A DNA stretch of 51,501 nt from a virus (Duplodnaviria; Caudoviricetes): positions 1-51,501 of IMG/VR virus record IMGVR_UViG_3300029258_001885. One strand, 5' to 3'. The translations under genes and the position numbers were made by a program. The notes beneath the pieces were generated by a model that did not search any database, was not told the origin of the DNA, and worked only from the letters and a program-made list of their open reading frames with translations. Every line of letters starts with the position of its first letter. The first letter of the stretch is position 1. Positions 7,912 through 16,950 of this stretch are shown one piece after another.

Positions 7912-9564
7912 CTAAACCCCTGTGTCTATGTTTGTTTGGTTTATGACTGTGAGCTGTGGCTTGTTAAAGCTGCCTGAGACCACCTTGCACACAATGAGGT
8001 CCCCCTTGTCCACAGCCTGAGTCTGCTCAAACTGATTAAAACTCTCATTGCTAAAGGAGATTGTAAAAAGCGGATTGACAAGGTCAGTGGACAGGTAAAA
8101 GCCCATCACACCTGTATTGAGGGCTGTGGTCTGCAGGCTGACGGTCCTTATAAAGCCGTCCTCAGGAATTGGGAATGGTGTAAGATCCATCGACTGGCCC
8201 TGTCTCTCCATGTATCTGTCTGTAGATGCCAGGGCTCCATATCCGCACTCCCAAAGGTATCTGTCCTGTGTCTCACCCAGGTACCTGAGGTCATCAAACA
8301 GGTAAAGCACTGCCTTGGGCTCATTGGTGTATGAGGTGTCAGTCCTAAAGATGAGCCTGTATAAAAAGACATACTCCTGAAAAGGGAACTCACCGGCGAC
8401 GTCTCTGGCCGTCTCTGACAAAACCAGTGCGGCATTGGTGGAGCCCACCCTGCCTGCAATTGCCACAATCGGCTCATCAATACTGTTTGTGGCAAACACA
8501 AACATGTTGCAGTACCCACCATTGGGTACGTTGTCCAAACTAAAAACTCCTGCATCAAGCTTGTTGTACTTTATGGTGTTTGTGCCGTCCCAGATGACTG
8601 CATAGTCTGTGGCGTCAATCCTCCTGATGTCGTCAGTGCCCGACACGTAATAGATGGGCACCTTTGCAATCGGGCTGAGTATCTGCTCAAAGGGGTTGGA
8701 TGGTGATGCTGCATCAGCAATGGAGTGCTTTAAATCCTCATCATGTATTGCTCCATTGCCCAGCCCAAAGGTGGCATGTGAGTCAAGGCTGCCGTCTCCT
8801 CCTGATATAAAATCACCAAGCAAAAAATCATTGTAGGGGTCATCGAGCTGGGTAAAAGTGGTCCTATGATGGTACCTGTGCTCACTCCATGACCACTGCA
8901 GCCCATGCCTCTCATCCTCCAGCCATATGTGCTTGTTGTTTGTGGCGTCCCAGTAGATAGCAGCCACAAAGGCATGGGTCTCAAAGTCCCAGATGGTCTG
9001 GCTGGCTGTGAGTACTCCTGCTGTTGTGTAGTAAAAAAACCAGACGCCCTCAGTGTCAGTGATGACCACGGACTCTGATGACGTTTTTGCAAACCTGTGA
9101 CCCCTCTGCCAGACATCAAAGCTGGCACCTGTTGGGGCAATTGTAAAGGTCAGTGTCCCATCATTAAAGCTTATGGTGGTATCTGTGTTGGTCTCAAAGC
9201 CTGTTGGGTCCTTTAAAAGCTGCCTAAAGTCGATCTCCTCAAGACCCTGCTGGAGTGTCAGGGCCTCATAGTCACTTGCAGACCTGACCGTCCTGTCCAG
9301 CATGGGCGTGCCGATACCGTAGTTGAAAAGCCTGTGCCAGCCCTCGTACTTGTCGGTGTAGTCGGCAGTGCCGTCATCGTCCTCTGCATAGTAGAGGCTC
9401 CCGGCGTCAAACCAGCCCCACAGCTGGGAGTCATTGAGCCTGTAAAGGATGTCCTTGTCTACAGCCTTGTACTCACCGGCTGGCCAGGTCTCACCCGTGT
9501 TGGTGTGCTCAAGGTCTCCACCCGTGGTGTTTTTCAGATACTTGTCAGGGTCAATCTGGCTCAA
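7912..9564 (-). CDS. putative tail fibre/spike protein with C1q/TNF-like C-terminal domain
   Basis: 550 aa, beta-rich; C-terminal ...AVDKGD... domain shared with 9561..10094. Confidence 0.6.
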   Translation of the reverse strand: MSQIDPDKYLKNTTGGDLEHTNTGETWPAGEYKAVDKDILYRLNDSQLWGWFDAGSLYYAEDDDGTADYTDKYEGWHRLFNYGIGTPMLDRTVRSASDYEALTLQQGLEEIDFRQLLKDPTGFETNTDTTISFNDGTLTFTIAPTGASFDVWQRGHRFAKTSSESVVITDTEGVWFFYYTTAGVLTASQTIWDFETHAFVAAIYWDATNNKHIWLEDERHGLQWSWSEHRYHHRTTFTQLDDPYNDFLLGDFISGGDGSLDSHATFGLGNGAIHDEDLKHSIADAASPSNPFEQILSPIAKVPIYYVSGTDDIRRIDATDYAVIWDGTNTIKYNKLDAGVFSLDNVPNGGYCNMFVFATNSIDEPIVAIAGRVGSTNAALVLSETARDVAGEFPFQEYVFLYRLIFRTDTSYTNEPKAVLYLFDDLRYLGETQDRYLWECGYGALASTDRYMERQGQSMDLTPFPIPEDGFIRTVSLQTTALNTGVMGFYLSTDLVNPLFTISFSNESFNQFEQTQAVDKGDLIVCKVVSGSFNKPQLTVINQTNIDTGV

Positions 9565-10094
9565 AACTCCCCCTTTATGACAAGGCCCACAACCGGGTTT
9601 TTGGCAGACCCGGAGGTGACCTTGACGGCAAGCTCGTCCCCCTTGTCCACAGCATTGCTGGTTGTGTAGCTCTGTATTTTTGTCCTCTGCGAGGTCAGTG
9701 ATATGGACAGTATCAGCACAAAGGATGCTCCCGACCTCTCGTACACGCTGACTGTAAAGGTGTTGGCATCCTCATTGGCCACAAAGACCTCAACTATCTC
9801 ACCATCAACGGGTACAATCCTGCCGGCAAGATTTGACGGTACCGAGTCGTTTAAAAGCCATGCACTTGATACGCTGCCGGACTTGCCCCAGGTAAAGCCG
9901 GGGCTGGCAGACTGGTCAATCCTCTCGTCCAGCTCCCTGAGTGCTGGACCCACCTGCTCACTGGTCAGACTGGAGCCCGTTGGGTCAAAGGGTATGCCCT
10001 CTGCCTCGGGCATGTGCCACCAGTCCTGCCCACCACCGTGGGCCGGGACTGAGACAAAAAGGAGCACCAGCAGCAGTATTAGTCTTTTAATCAC
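9561..10094 (-). CDS. signal-peptide-bearing C1q/TNF-like fibre-tip protein
   Basis: MIKRLILLLVLLFVSVPAHG signal; C-terminal domain paralogous to 7912..9564. Confidence 0.6.
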   Translation of the reverse strand: MIKRLILLLVLLFVSVPAHGGGQDWWHMPEAEGIPFDPTGSSLTSEQVGPALRELDERIDQSASPGFTWGKSGSVSSAWLLNDSVPSNLAGRIVPVDGEIVEVFVANEDANTFTVSVYERSGASFVLILSISLTSQRTKIQSYTTSNAVDKGDELAVKVTSGSAKNPVVGLVIKGEF

Positions 10095-10462
10095 TTGAGC
10101 TCCTGCACTATCACGTCATTGGATGCCGTCCCCGCTATCAGGTAAACCCCCACGTCACCCACCGGTATCACCACCACCTGCCTCTTGTAGATGGGCACAC
10201 CCTTTGTGGATCCGGAGGTTGTCACACCCGTGGGTCCATAGTAGACCACCACGCTGGAGTCATTGTACATGAGAAGCCTCTGGCGTTTGGCGTCCCGGGT
10301 ACCCCCAACCTTGGCCTCAACCTGTGTGGTACCCACCGACACCACGGCAGCCTGGTACCCGCGATCATGGGTGTCTGCACGGTCTGGATTGTATGCCATG
10401 CCTCCATGGATTGTGGGGGCCCAAAGCAGGCACAGCAGCAGTACTGGCCAAAGGTATCTCAT
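10091..10462 (-). CDS. signal-peptide-bearing small beta-sandwich protein
   Basis: MRYLWPVLLLCLLWAPTIHG signal; R..L..YN.S...VY.G..GVT..G.TKG pattern shared with the 10838 gene C-terminus. Confidence 0.65.
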   Translation of the reverse strand: MRYLWPVLLLCLLWAPTIHGGMAYNPDRADTHDRGYQAAVVSVGTTQVEAKVGGTRDAKRQRLLMYNDSSVVVYYGPTGVTTSGSTKGVPIYKRQVVVIPVGDVGVYLIAGTASNDVIVQELK

Positions 10463-10474
10463 GGGAGTCCTCCC

Positions 10475-10786
10475 TCAGCGTTTGTGGGCCTTTTTAAGGG
10501 CTTTTTTCATCTGTCTGGTGGTTTTGGCCCTCTTGACCGTCTTTGGGGCCTGAGGTGGCTTTTTGCCGCCCTGTGGGGCCGTCTTTGAGCGTGCGTGGCG
10601 TCTGGAGACCTCGGCACCGTCGATGGCTGACGCCATCCTGGTCTCAAGGCCCTCGGCCCATTTGAACATGGCAGCTGTAAAAAAAACCTCCTCACCCTCA
10701 AGCTCGCACTTTGAGCGTGCAAGGTACCTGTGCAAAACCTGCAGGTGCTGGTCATCGTGCTCCTGGACCTCTATGTACTTTGGCAT
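10475..10786 (-). CDS. hypothetical protein with basic C-terminal tail
   Basis: AAGGAGG RBS before ATG 10786; K/R-rich tail. Confidence 0.6.
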   Translation of the reverse strand: MPKYIEVQEHDDQHLQVLHRYLARSKCELEGEEVFFTAAMFKWAEGLETRMASAIDGAEVSRRHARSKTAPQGGKKPPQAPKTVKRAKTTRQMKKALKKAHKR

Positions 10787-10837
10787 TTTTGCCTCCTTGG
10801 CAGTAGTGGGGGCCACATGGCCCCATGGTTTAAAGGT

Positions 10838-11707
10838 TTAGCCAACCTGTGTAATCTGGACGTTGGCTGTCTCACCAGATGCACAGATTGCGTACACGTC
10901 AACAAACTCACCCAGTGGCAGCTGCTCTGTGGCTCCACCAGGCAGCTCAAAGCCCTTGGTGGCACCCGTTGCAGTCACACCTGACCCACCGATAAATGCA
11001 GGGTCAGAGCTCTGGTTTTGGAGTATGACCCACAGCCTGCCTGACTGCTTTGTGCCGTCAAGCTGGTCCGGGCCTGTCTCGTCCACTGCAACCACTGCAC
11101 CACTGATGCCCACGTTGGGCGCGTTGTTGACCATCTGCCGTCTGTAGATGTCACTGATGCCGTCTGCACGGTCATTGGCAGCACTCAGCTCTGTGAGGGC
11201 AGCGTTTGTAGCCCTCCAGCCAATCTTTATCGGGTTGCCGGAGTCTGCAGTATCGTCAGCCACATCACCAACAATCGGGAATTCAGCCGAGCTGTTTACA
11301 TCGTCGATGTAGACATGCTTGGCTCCAGCCGTTGCATGAATGCGGTCCCAGTGGTCGGTGTCCCAGCCCATGTCAAAACCGTTGACGTCCATTGCCTGCA
11401 GGTTTGCAGGGTCCACGGAGTCGCTTGACGGGGCTGCACCGGTCCACCTGAGTGTCTGGTGGGTGTCACCGGGTGTGGCGTTGCGGACATGGCCTATGAG
11501 GCCCACGTTGTCCGGGTCTGCGTTGGTTGAGACGTTGTAGACACCGTCAAGGTCGCAGTTGAGGTCATTGAGTACGTTTACATCAAGGCCCTCGTCACCG
11601 TCCACGTCTGTGGATGTGATCCGGTTGTCGCCGAAAATGTAGGCGGCGACCTCGTCACCCTTTGACGGAGTTGTTGAGTTGAATACCAGTCTTCCCTTGC
11701 CAATCAT
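10838..11707 (-). CDS. putative virion decoration/fibre protein
   Basis: GGAGG RBS before ATG 11707 (MIGKG...); D/N/G-rich; C-terminal small beta-sandwich domain. Confidence 0.6.
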   Translation of the reverse strand: MIGKGRLVFNSTTPSKGDEVAAYIFGDNRITSTDVDGDEGLDVNVLNDLNCDLDGVYNVSTNADPDNVGLIGHVRNATPGDTHQTLRWTGAAPSSDSVDPANLQAMDVNGFDMGWDTDHWDRIHATAGAKHVYIDDVNSSAEFPIVGDVADDTADSGNPIKIGWRATNAALTELSAANDRADGISDIYRRQMVNNAPNVGISGAVVAVDETGPDQLDGTKQSGRLWVILQNQSSDPAFIGGSGVTATGATKGFELPGGATEQLPLGEFVDVYAICASGETANVQITQVG

Positions 11708-11802
11708 GTCAATCCTCCCATTGGTTTGCGTCAAAACAAGTACCAGTGGGAGTGCTCGGCAGATATGGCCAAGCACTTTAGAAATGACTGTGGGGCAAAG
11801 GG

Positions 11803-12171
11803 TCATGACCAGCTCCAAACCTTTGCGATGTCTGAGTTTTTGTCGGATGTAAATCTCAGTGTGTATGTCTTGGTTGGGTCCAGTCCCTTCTCACCGTACC
11901 CAGCCCCAGGAGGTATGTCCGTGCCCTCGGACGTGTCAGCCGTGTTGGCTGTCAGCACACAAAAGCCCTTGTCAAAGGCAATGTAAAACCTCTTGGTGCC
12001 TGCAGGCAGCGTGTAGGTGTACTCATTGCCTGCAGTGGCCATGGGCTCATGGTGGTGGTTGGGGGTGCCCACGGCAGCCTCTGAGGTCTCCACCGTACCA
12101 GTGACCTCAAGGGGCCCACCCGTTGGGCAGTTGGCCACGTACTGCAGAGGGAGGTCCTTTATTTCACCCAT
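11803..12171 (-). CDS. small beta-sandwich virion accessory protein
   Basis: 122 aa; EYTYTLPAGTKRF...IPPGAGY pattern; late-operon position. Confidence 0.5.
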   Translation of the reverse strand: MGEIKDLPLQYVANCPTGGPLEVTGTVETSEAAVGTPNHHHEPMATAGNEYTYTLPAGTKRFYIAFDKGFCVLTANTADTSEGTDIPPGAGYGEKGLDPTKTYTLRFTSDKNSDIAKVWSWS

Positions 12172-12550
12172 TTTTTTTACCTACTGCAAAGGCAGTCAGG
12201 GTCCCTGCCGTGTTTGAGCCAGCATAGTACTTTAGCAGGATGTACCTAAAGCCAATGACACCAAGGTTGTCCAGGTGGGTCTTCTCGTCCCCTGCACCAC
12301 CCGTCTCCACCAGTGTGTGCTCTCCACAGTGGATTTTTGCAAACTTGTCCACCTCACGGACGTTGGACCCGTAGGCCACAAGCCTGCCGTCCAGCTTGTC
12401 ATTGCCGGACCAGAAGGCCTGCCATGAGCCCACGGTCATCTCTTTGAAGTCAATCATCTCACTGACTGCATCCTGAGACATGTCCAGGTCTGTAAAGAGG
12501 TACCCACGGGCTGCATTGCGTGCTGTTTTACACTGCTCGTTTTGGCTCAC
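12164..12550 (-). CDS. small jelly-roll-like virion accessory protein
   Basis: 128 aa with GTG start; S..IDFKEM..GS.QA.W.G...G...FRY..L.Y.AG...GTL pattern. Confidence 0.55.
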   Translation of the reverse strand: MSQNEQCKTARNAARGYLFTDLDMSQDAVSEMIDFKEMTVGSWQAFWSGNDKLDGRLVAYGSNVREVDKFAKIHCGEHTLVETGGAGDEKTHLDNLGVIGFRYILLKYYAGSNTAGTLTAFAVGKKNG

Positions 12551-12559
12551 GTCAGGCTC

Positions 12560-12886
12560 CTAATACTTGACCAACTGTGTGATGGTAAACCTGCATTTCC
12601 AGGTGGTACAGGTAAAGCTGCTGTCAGTCTGCGCCCTCACGACATCCCCGCTTTCAAGCGGCATGGTTACACTGCAAACCGTGTGGTATGTACCGGCTAC
12701 ATCGGCAAGGCAGACTGTTTCCCCTTCAAGCGTATCATTGCCATCCCAGTTTGCCTGGATAAATCCTGTCACCATCTCCTTGAAATCACCAACGTCAGAC
12801 CACAAATCAGAGGCCATGTTGTTTGTTACAGGCTCAACAAGTATTGGCCTGTGGGTATTTCTCAGAGTGTGTATTTTTAATGACAA
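12560..12886 (-). CDS. apparently chimeric accessory protein
   Basis: N-half paralogous to 12164..12550 (DFKEM..G..QA.W.GND.L.G); C-half unrelated to it. Confidence 0.5.
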   Translation of the reverse strand: MSLKIHTLRNTHRPILVEPVTNNMASDLWSDVGDFKEMVTGFIQANWDGNDTLEGETVCLADVAGTYHTVCSVTMPLESGDVVRAQTDSSFTCTTWKCRFTITQLVKY

Positions 12887-12951
12887 TTTTTCACCTCACA
12901 ATGCAGACGTTGGCGTACACTGGTTGCATTCTAACAATACTCCTTACCATT

Positions 12952-15063
12952 TCAATCAGAGACAGTATAACTTATCGTTAAGCCACCACCGGACGTCTGA
13001 TTGGATAAATTGCCAGCGTGATCATAATGCGTGATAGCAATAGTCCCGTCTGTGTAAACCGTTGCCCTGGTTTGTATAGCGGTGCTTAAAGCATACGAAT
13101 TATAAGCATCAACATCCGGTCGTCCCCAGTCAGGAATTAAACCAGCCGAGCTTTCGACAAAGGAATCAGCCGCATGGGTCAAGGATGAAATAGACGAGAT
13201 TGTAACCATCCTTTCGACCTTGACAATTCTAATACTCCCTCCGGTAAACTCATTGTCCAGTGCAATTTCAGAAACTTTATCACCATAGACATACGCTTGC
13301 GGAAGGTTCTGGGTTACGGGATAGATAGACCAATAGATAGGGTTAACAGGAGCAGATCCTACGCCCTGACGTATTTGAACAGCTCCATTATCAGCCTTTC
13401 CTCTAATTCTTATTGTCTTTTGATTAAAATTAGATACCTCATACAACCCGCAAAGAGTAACGGAGTCTCTTCTATTTGTATTATCTGATTCTTGTCTGTG
13501 TCCTGATTCGGCAATTACAGTGGGGGTAAGATCGCTCAATTCATAAGCTTGCGAAGCGTCGGCAGTTCCGCCTGATCCAACCAAAACTGCGCACACATTA
13601 TAGACACCAGTTCTTCTGGGAGTCCATACAATCCCAGGTAATTCACTTCCGTATCCAGTAACAGTCCCGAAATTATAATTTATTGTTTCAACCAGGTTAC
13701 ACGTCGCATCTGCGGTAAAATCACCATATGCAGTATTAGTTCGGCTCCATATACAAGTATCGTCATGATATCCAGACCACGCAAGAGCAGACGTATCAAC
13801 GCTTACAGCCTTCTGGGAGTCAAGGGGATAACGGTAGACTGAAACAAGCATCTCATCCCATCTTACGTATACATATGCCGTCGAAGCGCCGTCTGCACGG
13901 TTTGCAAGAAGTGTAAAGGTGGTGGTGCCCTTTCCCGAAGTGTATTGAAATTCCGTTTCAATAATGTTTATTTGCGGCCTCTGCTGGTTTGCAAGGGTTG
14001 TGATTCTGGTAACATCCTTTCTTGTGGTTCCGTCCGTTATGCCCCAGTCTACGCTTGAGGTGCCTGCACCTTCATGTGTAAACTGGGCGCGAAATGTAAC
14101 CCGATAATTTCCAGGTTCAAGATTAGAAACCCTTATTCTTGGAATTTGCCCATCATTTGAAGCGTCTGCTATTGCTTTCCCGACAAATACCCTTGGGTTA
14201 TCATCACAATCAGCATCGGCTGAAAAATCATTCCAGTTGTTTGCCGCCTTGCTCCACTGACAATCTGTTGTAGCCACCCATTTTTTGCTGCCGTAAAGCT
14301 CGGTTTCCGAAAGCTCAAAACTGTTCAGATCAGAACCGGCCCACATGTTGTCCACAATTATATCAGCAGCCGAGCTGTTCAAACTCTCTAAACGAAGCTG
14401 CAGATTACCTGATGTTGGGCATGTAAATGCAACACGTGCCTTGAGGCTCTCACCACTTGAAGTGGGCACAAGCTCAAGGACCTCATGCAAAGCATTGGAC
14501 CCATCATAGGCGTATGCAGACATGTGACCTGCTGTGGCACCGTCCCAGCTGTAGTAAAAGGATATTTCGCAATCCTTGCCGTACAGTCCCTTGGGTATTG
14601 CAACAGCATCACTTGTCAGGTACTCACTGGCCGCACTTGGATTCCACTTGAGACTCTGGTCTCCAAACAATTCGGATGTAGTCTCAACAGACTTGACTGA
14701 GGAGCCTGATGCAGTCCAGTTATTGGTGTTTCGAGGCACTTCAAAGTCAGGGTTTTCAATAACGTTTACCTTGTTGCCCGCTCCACCAACACCACCCTCA
14801 CCAAGGGTGGCAATATTTGAATCAGTATCTATTGTCTTTATCTGTTTTGTGTCTACGAAGATTTTAAGATCATTTGCTCCACTGGGAGCACTGGGAGCAC
14901 CTGACTGGTGATACATCTCAATGGCACCATCACCAGCAGTACCGGATATCACCGCCCTGTTGGCGTCAAGCTCCCTGCCCACACTCACATCACCTTTAAA
15001 ATCCTTGCCGCTTGCTGTCATACAGACCATAAGGGCAATCACTGTTATAAATAGATATCTCAT
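12952..15063 (-). CDS. large fibre/receptor-binding-like protein with N-terminal signal peptide
   Basis: MRYLFITVIALMVCMTASG signal; CBM-like N.IENPDFE...W domain; two tandem Cys-paired repeat domains. Confidence 0.65.
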   Translation of the reverse strand: MRYLFITVIALMVCMTASGKDFKGDVSVGRELDANRAVISGTAGDGAIEMYHQSGAPSAPSGANDLKIFVDTKQIKTIDTDSNIATLGEGGVGGAGNKVNVIENPDFEVPRNTNNWTASGSSVKSVETTSELFGDQSLKWNPSAASEYLTSDAVAIPKGLYGKDCEISFYYSWDGATAGHMSAYAYDGSNALHEVLELVPTSSGESLKARVAFTCPTSGNLQLRLESLNSSAADIIVDNMWAGSDLNSFELSETELYGSKKWVATTDCQWSKAANNWNDFSADADCDDNPRVFVGKAIADASNDGQIPRIRVSNLEPGNYRVTFRAQFTHEGAGTSSVDWGITDGTTRKDVTRITTLANQQRPQINIIETEFQYTSGKGTTTFTLLANRADGASTAYVYVRWDEMLVSVYRYPLDSQKAVSVDTSALAWSGYHDDTCIWSRTNTAYGDFTADATCNLVETINYNFGTVTGYGSELPGIVWTPRRTGVYNVCAVLVGSGGTADASQAYELSDLTPTVIAESGHRQESDNTNRRDSVTLCGLYEVSNFNQKTIRIRGKADNGAVQIRQGVGSAPVNPIYWSIYPVTQNLPQAYVYGDKVSEIALDNEFTGGSIRIVKVERMVTISSISSLTHAADSFVESSAGLIPDWGRPDVDAYNSYALSTAIQTRATVYTDGTIAITHYDHAGNLSNQTSGGGLTISYTVSD

Positions 15064-15089
15064 TGCAAAACTCCTTTAAAAAAGTTGGT

Positions 15090-15731
15090 CTACATCAATA
15101 CAAGCTTTCCCTCAAACCTGAGGTCAGGGCTTTCCGTTACACGTATGGATACGTCACCAGACGAGTTTACAAGTACCCTGTCGGGCTCCACCTTTATATA
15201 GTCCGTGCTGACCTTCTCGTACACCTGCACAATGGGACTAACCCCCTTGTGGTGGTCACTATCAGGACGTGTAATGGTGTAGTAACCACCAGCAGCACTT
15301 CCCCAGTCTGTGGTGGCGTTAAACGTCTTGACATCCCTTTCGTCACCCTGCTCAAGCACACACGCTATATCCTCCTGACCACCAGTGTTGTTGGTTACTC
15401 TGAGACTTGTCAGCGTTGAGCCAGGTGTGGCTGCAATCGTAAAGTCATCCAGTGAGGGGGTGGTTTGGGCTGTCAACCTTGTCAGCTCTCCAGTGCCCGT
15501 ATTGAGACTGTAGAGCTTGATTCGTATGTCAGACAAAGCCACGTTGTAGTTGTGGACAAAATCCACACTAGCAGCATTGTCAAGGTCCTCCTCCTCAAAG
15601 TACCTGCCACCCATCATGTCTGCCAGTTTGGTCCATGCAGACCTGACTGCTGCATGAAGGTCAACTCCTCCCGGCTCTCCCAAGTCTGGATGTGCAAGTG
15701 GTAATCTACCCACATTGGTTGTTGCTGTCAT
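15090..15731 (-). CDS. putative tail-associated structural protein
   Basis: 213 aa; two H-N/H-H-x-G strand repeats of a kind often seen in fibre-base proteins; position after the tail tip. Confidence 0.5.
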   Translation of the reverse strand: MTATTNVGRLPLAHPDLGEPGGVDLHAAVRSAWTKLADMMGGRYFEEEDLDNAASVDFVHNYNVALSDIRIKLYSLNTGTGELTRLTAQTTPSLDDFTIAATPGSTLTSLRVTNNTGGQEDIACVLEQGDERDVKTFNATTDWGSAAGGYYTITRPDSDHHKGVSPIVQVYEKVSTDYIKVEPDRVLVNSSGDVSIRVTESPDLRFEGKLVLM

Positions 15732-16207
15732 CGTCCTGCTCCTCTCGTATGCTCCTCAAGTTTGTGTAAAGTCTCATACTTGTCCAGTGGCCTGGTCTGT
15801 ATCTGACCATCCACAAAAACAGTGATTTTTGAATCTCTGGTAATTATTGACATGCCGATGACATCACCAGCACCTGTGTATGAGGCAATCTTTGACCTGC
15901 CCAAAAATGAGGGTGCAGTCAGTGCCACCCTCCACTCAAAGCTTGCAAAGTTGTGCCCATCGACAACCACAAGTGGCTTTATGGTCCACTGCCCAAACCT
16001 TTCACCCTCAATGACAGCCTTGGCCAAATGGTCCTTGTCCACAAAGGCAGCCATCTGCTTTGGGTCCTGACTGGCAGCATTCCAACCACCGTATCTGGTT
16101 TTTTTGCCATCACTGTATTCAAGCCTCCACCTTAGCCTGTAAAAGGGCTGGGTGCCCTTGCGTTTGGGCAGCTCTTTGGCCAAAAAATCGTCAGTGTATG
16201 GGCACAT
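15728..16207 (-). CDS. hypothetical protein
   Basis: 159-aa ORF coupled to both neighbours. Confidence 0.55.
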   Translation of the reverse strand: MCPYTDDFLAKELPKRKGTQPFYRLRWRLEYSDGKKTRYGGWNAASQDPKQMAAFVDKDHLAKAVIEGERFGQWTIKPLVVVDGHNFASFEWRVALTAPSFLGRSKIASYTGAGDVIGMSIITRDSKITVFVDGQIQTRPLDKYETLHKLEEHTRGAGR

Positions 16208-16925
16208 TGCAATACTCCCACCTGGTACCTTTTACTGTCAGACGTTTGCCCTGACAGCACTCTGTTATTTTACCACCCTGGGATCCAATGGACTCACCAG
16301 CTTTTTTGGCACTGTCAAAGACCTCACCAGTACTGATGCACCTGACAGGTCTTTTTGCAGCTGCTGCACTCTGTCTGGCTCTGGTCTCAGCTGATGCTTT
16401 ACGTCCCCGCCTGGTCTCAGCCTGTTTGCGTCTGGCCTCCTTGGTCTGGCCAGCTCTGGTGAGTTTTGCCATGAGCTCTGGGTCTCTCTTTTTACCCAGC
16501 CAGGGTCTGGCAATGCTTTTGGCAGGATTGGCCTGCTTGGTGGCCTTGATTTTATCGCGTGTACTTTGTGGTCTGGGTTTGCCCCATGTCCAGTGTCTCT
16601 CCTTGGCTCTCATCTGACTCAGGATTTTTGATGCTCTTTTGTCCCAGCCCTTGCTGCTCATGCCACCTGCTGAGACATTGGCAAGGTCATTGCCTTGGGC
16701 CAAAAATGACCTCACCAGCTCAATCTCCTTTTTAAAAGCATCATGCTCAGTGAGGTCTTTTGCAAAAAACCTGACAGTTGGTTTTGTTTTGCCAAAGATC
16801 GAAGCCCAGCGTTTACTACGCTGTGCATGTACGTATGCCCGTCTACGTCTGCCCTTGCCTACGTACCTGCATGTCCCAGTACTGTCATAGTGTCCGTACA
16901 CGTAATAGTCCTTGTAATTGGTCAT
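16191..16925 (-). CDS. free-standing GIY-YIG homing endonuclease with NUMOD3/NUMOD1-like tail
   Basis: YYVYGH...RYVGKG...R...E...N.S.GG nuclease core; basic repeats; RPVRCISTGEVFDSA...ITECC.GK HTH. Confidence 0.85.
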   Translation of the reverse strand: MTNYKDYYVYGHYDSTGTCRYVGKGRRRRAYVHAQRSKRWASIFGKTKPTVRFFAKDLTEHDAFKKEIELVRSFLAQGNDLANVSAGGMSSKGWDKRASKILSQMRAKERHWTWGKPRPQSTRDKIKATKQANPAKSIARPWLGKKRDPELMAKLTRAGQTKEARRKQAETRRGRKASAETRARQSAAAAKRPVRCISTGEVFDSAKKAGESIGSQGGKITECCQGKRLTVKGTRWEYCNVPIH

Positions 16926-16950
16926 GGTATCCTTCTTTTGGAGGATGACA

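Noticed and set aside
16191-16950. Group I intron around the GIY-YIG gene
   Set aside because: Only 25 nt upstream and an overlap downstream; both flanking genes look intact.
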